From NCBI RefSeq assembly GCF_006345805.1, contig NW_021828504.1, positions 1 to 8,053 of the forward strand: a stretch of 8,053 bases of DNA. The letters are read 5' to 3'. The position numbers were made by a program, and so were the translations under genes. This document shows positions 7,340 through 8,053 of this stretch, piece after piece (the first letter of the stretch is position 1; each line of letters begins with the position of its first letter). The notes under the pieces are model-generated. The model worked only from the letters and a program-made list of their open reading frames with translations, searched no databases and was not told where the DNA came from. The DNA comes from Octopus sinensis (Eukaryota).

Positions 7340-7431
7340 GGCGGTAGTGGTGGTGGTGGTGGTGGTAGTTGTGCCAACTTTGGTGTTGTTGGTACTGCAG
7401 TGGTTTTTGCACTAGTACTTGTTGTAGTTAC

Positions 7432-7468
<37 letters not shown>

Positions 7469-7470
7469 AG
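7340..7470. repeat. (GGT)n and (GTT)n trinucleotide repeats
   Basis: GGT run at about 7347-7366 and GTT run at about 7432-7468. Confidence 0.92.
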
Positions 7471-7565
7471 TATTAGTGATGTTATTCTTGAAGATGATAA
7501 TAATGGCGGCTATGGTGGCTGTGGATATTTTCAAGTTTTGAGGTCGCCCCCTCCAACAACAAAGT

Positions 7566-7574
7566 TATACACAC

Positions 7575-7610
<36 letters not shown>

Positions 7611-7747
7611 GACCACATGTGTATGTGCTTGTGTGTATGTATATGTATTCATTTCATTTTCTCTCTCTCTCTCCCTCTCTCTCTATATATATATATGCAT
7701 ATATAGAATACATGTATACAAATATATCTACGTACATATGTATATAT

Positions 7748-7785
<38 letters not shown>

Positions 7786-7796
7786 TATATATATGA

Positions 7797-7840
<44 letters not shown>

Positions 7841-7841
7841 A

Positions 7842-7872
<31 letters not shown>

Positions 7873-7902
7873 TTATATATATATATATTATATATATATA
7901 TA

Positions 7903-7960
<58 letters not shown>

Positions 7961-8026
7961 TGAAATGATCACAGATACATACGCACAAAACATACACATG
8001 CCTAGGATTGTATGTGTGTGTGTATA
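7566..8026. repeat. Long imperfect inverted repeat (fold-back) with microsatellite-containing arms and a (TA)n-rich centre
   Basis: TCATTTCATTTT(CT)n at 7649-7684 is the reverse complement of (AG)nAAAATGAAATGA at 7912-7968. Pairing continues outward through 7616-7648/7969-8000 and the (CA)n/(TG)n tracts. Confidence 0.85.
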
Positions 8027-8053
8027 TCGATATATATATATACATACATGTCT

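Noticed and set aside
4534-8045. Many YI/IY-rich ORFs of up to 216 aa, and the poly-V/poly-H ORFs at 7161-7867
   Set aside because: These are artefacts of (TA)n, (GTT)n and (GGT)n repeats.

Overview
This is AT-rich, microsatellite-saturated non-coding eukaryotic DNA, intronic or intergenic. It is most likely from a cephalopod (Octopus-like), which I infer from recognising the SINE and short-retroelement families. No protein-coding gene is supportable: nearly all supplied ORFs are translations of (TA)n/(CA)n/(TG)n tracts or of an 8-bp minisatellite. The window holds one near-full-length tRNA-headed SINE (1862-2311, minus), a headless second copy (5466-5683), fragments of other SINE-like elements, and a ~700-bp degenerate octamer array (consensus TGACAGGT). 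Three signals stand out. (1) At least four decayed minimal type I hammerhead-ribozyme-like motifs (131-159 +, 2488-2522 -, 3057-3093 +, 6045-6084 +) of the kind carried by Penelope-like elements; two of them are homologous to each other and both lack the canonical A6. (2) A ~460-bp fold-back hidden among microsatellites (7566-8026). (3) A minus-strand branch point, pyrimidine tract and AG|GT junction at 955/954 that resembles a recursive splice site. Family names come from recall and were not searched.
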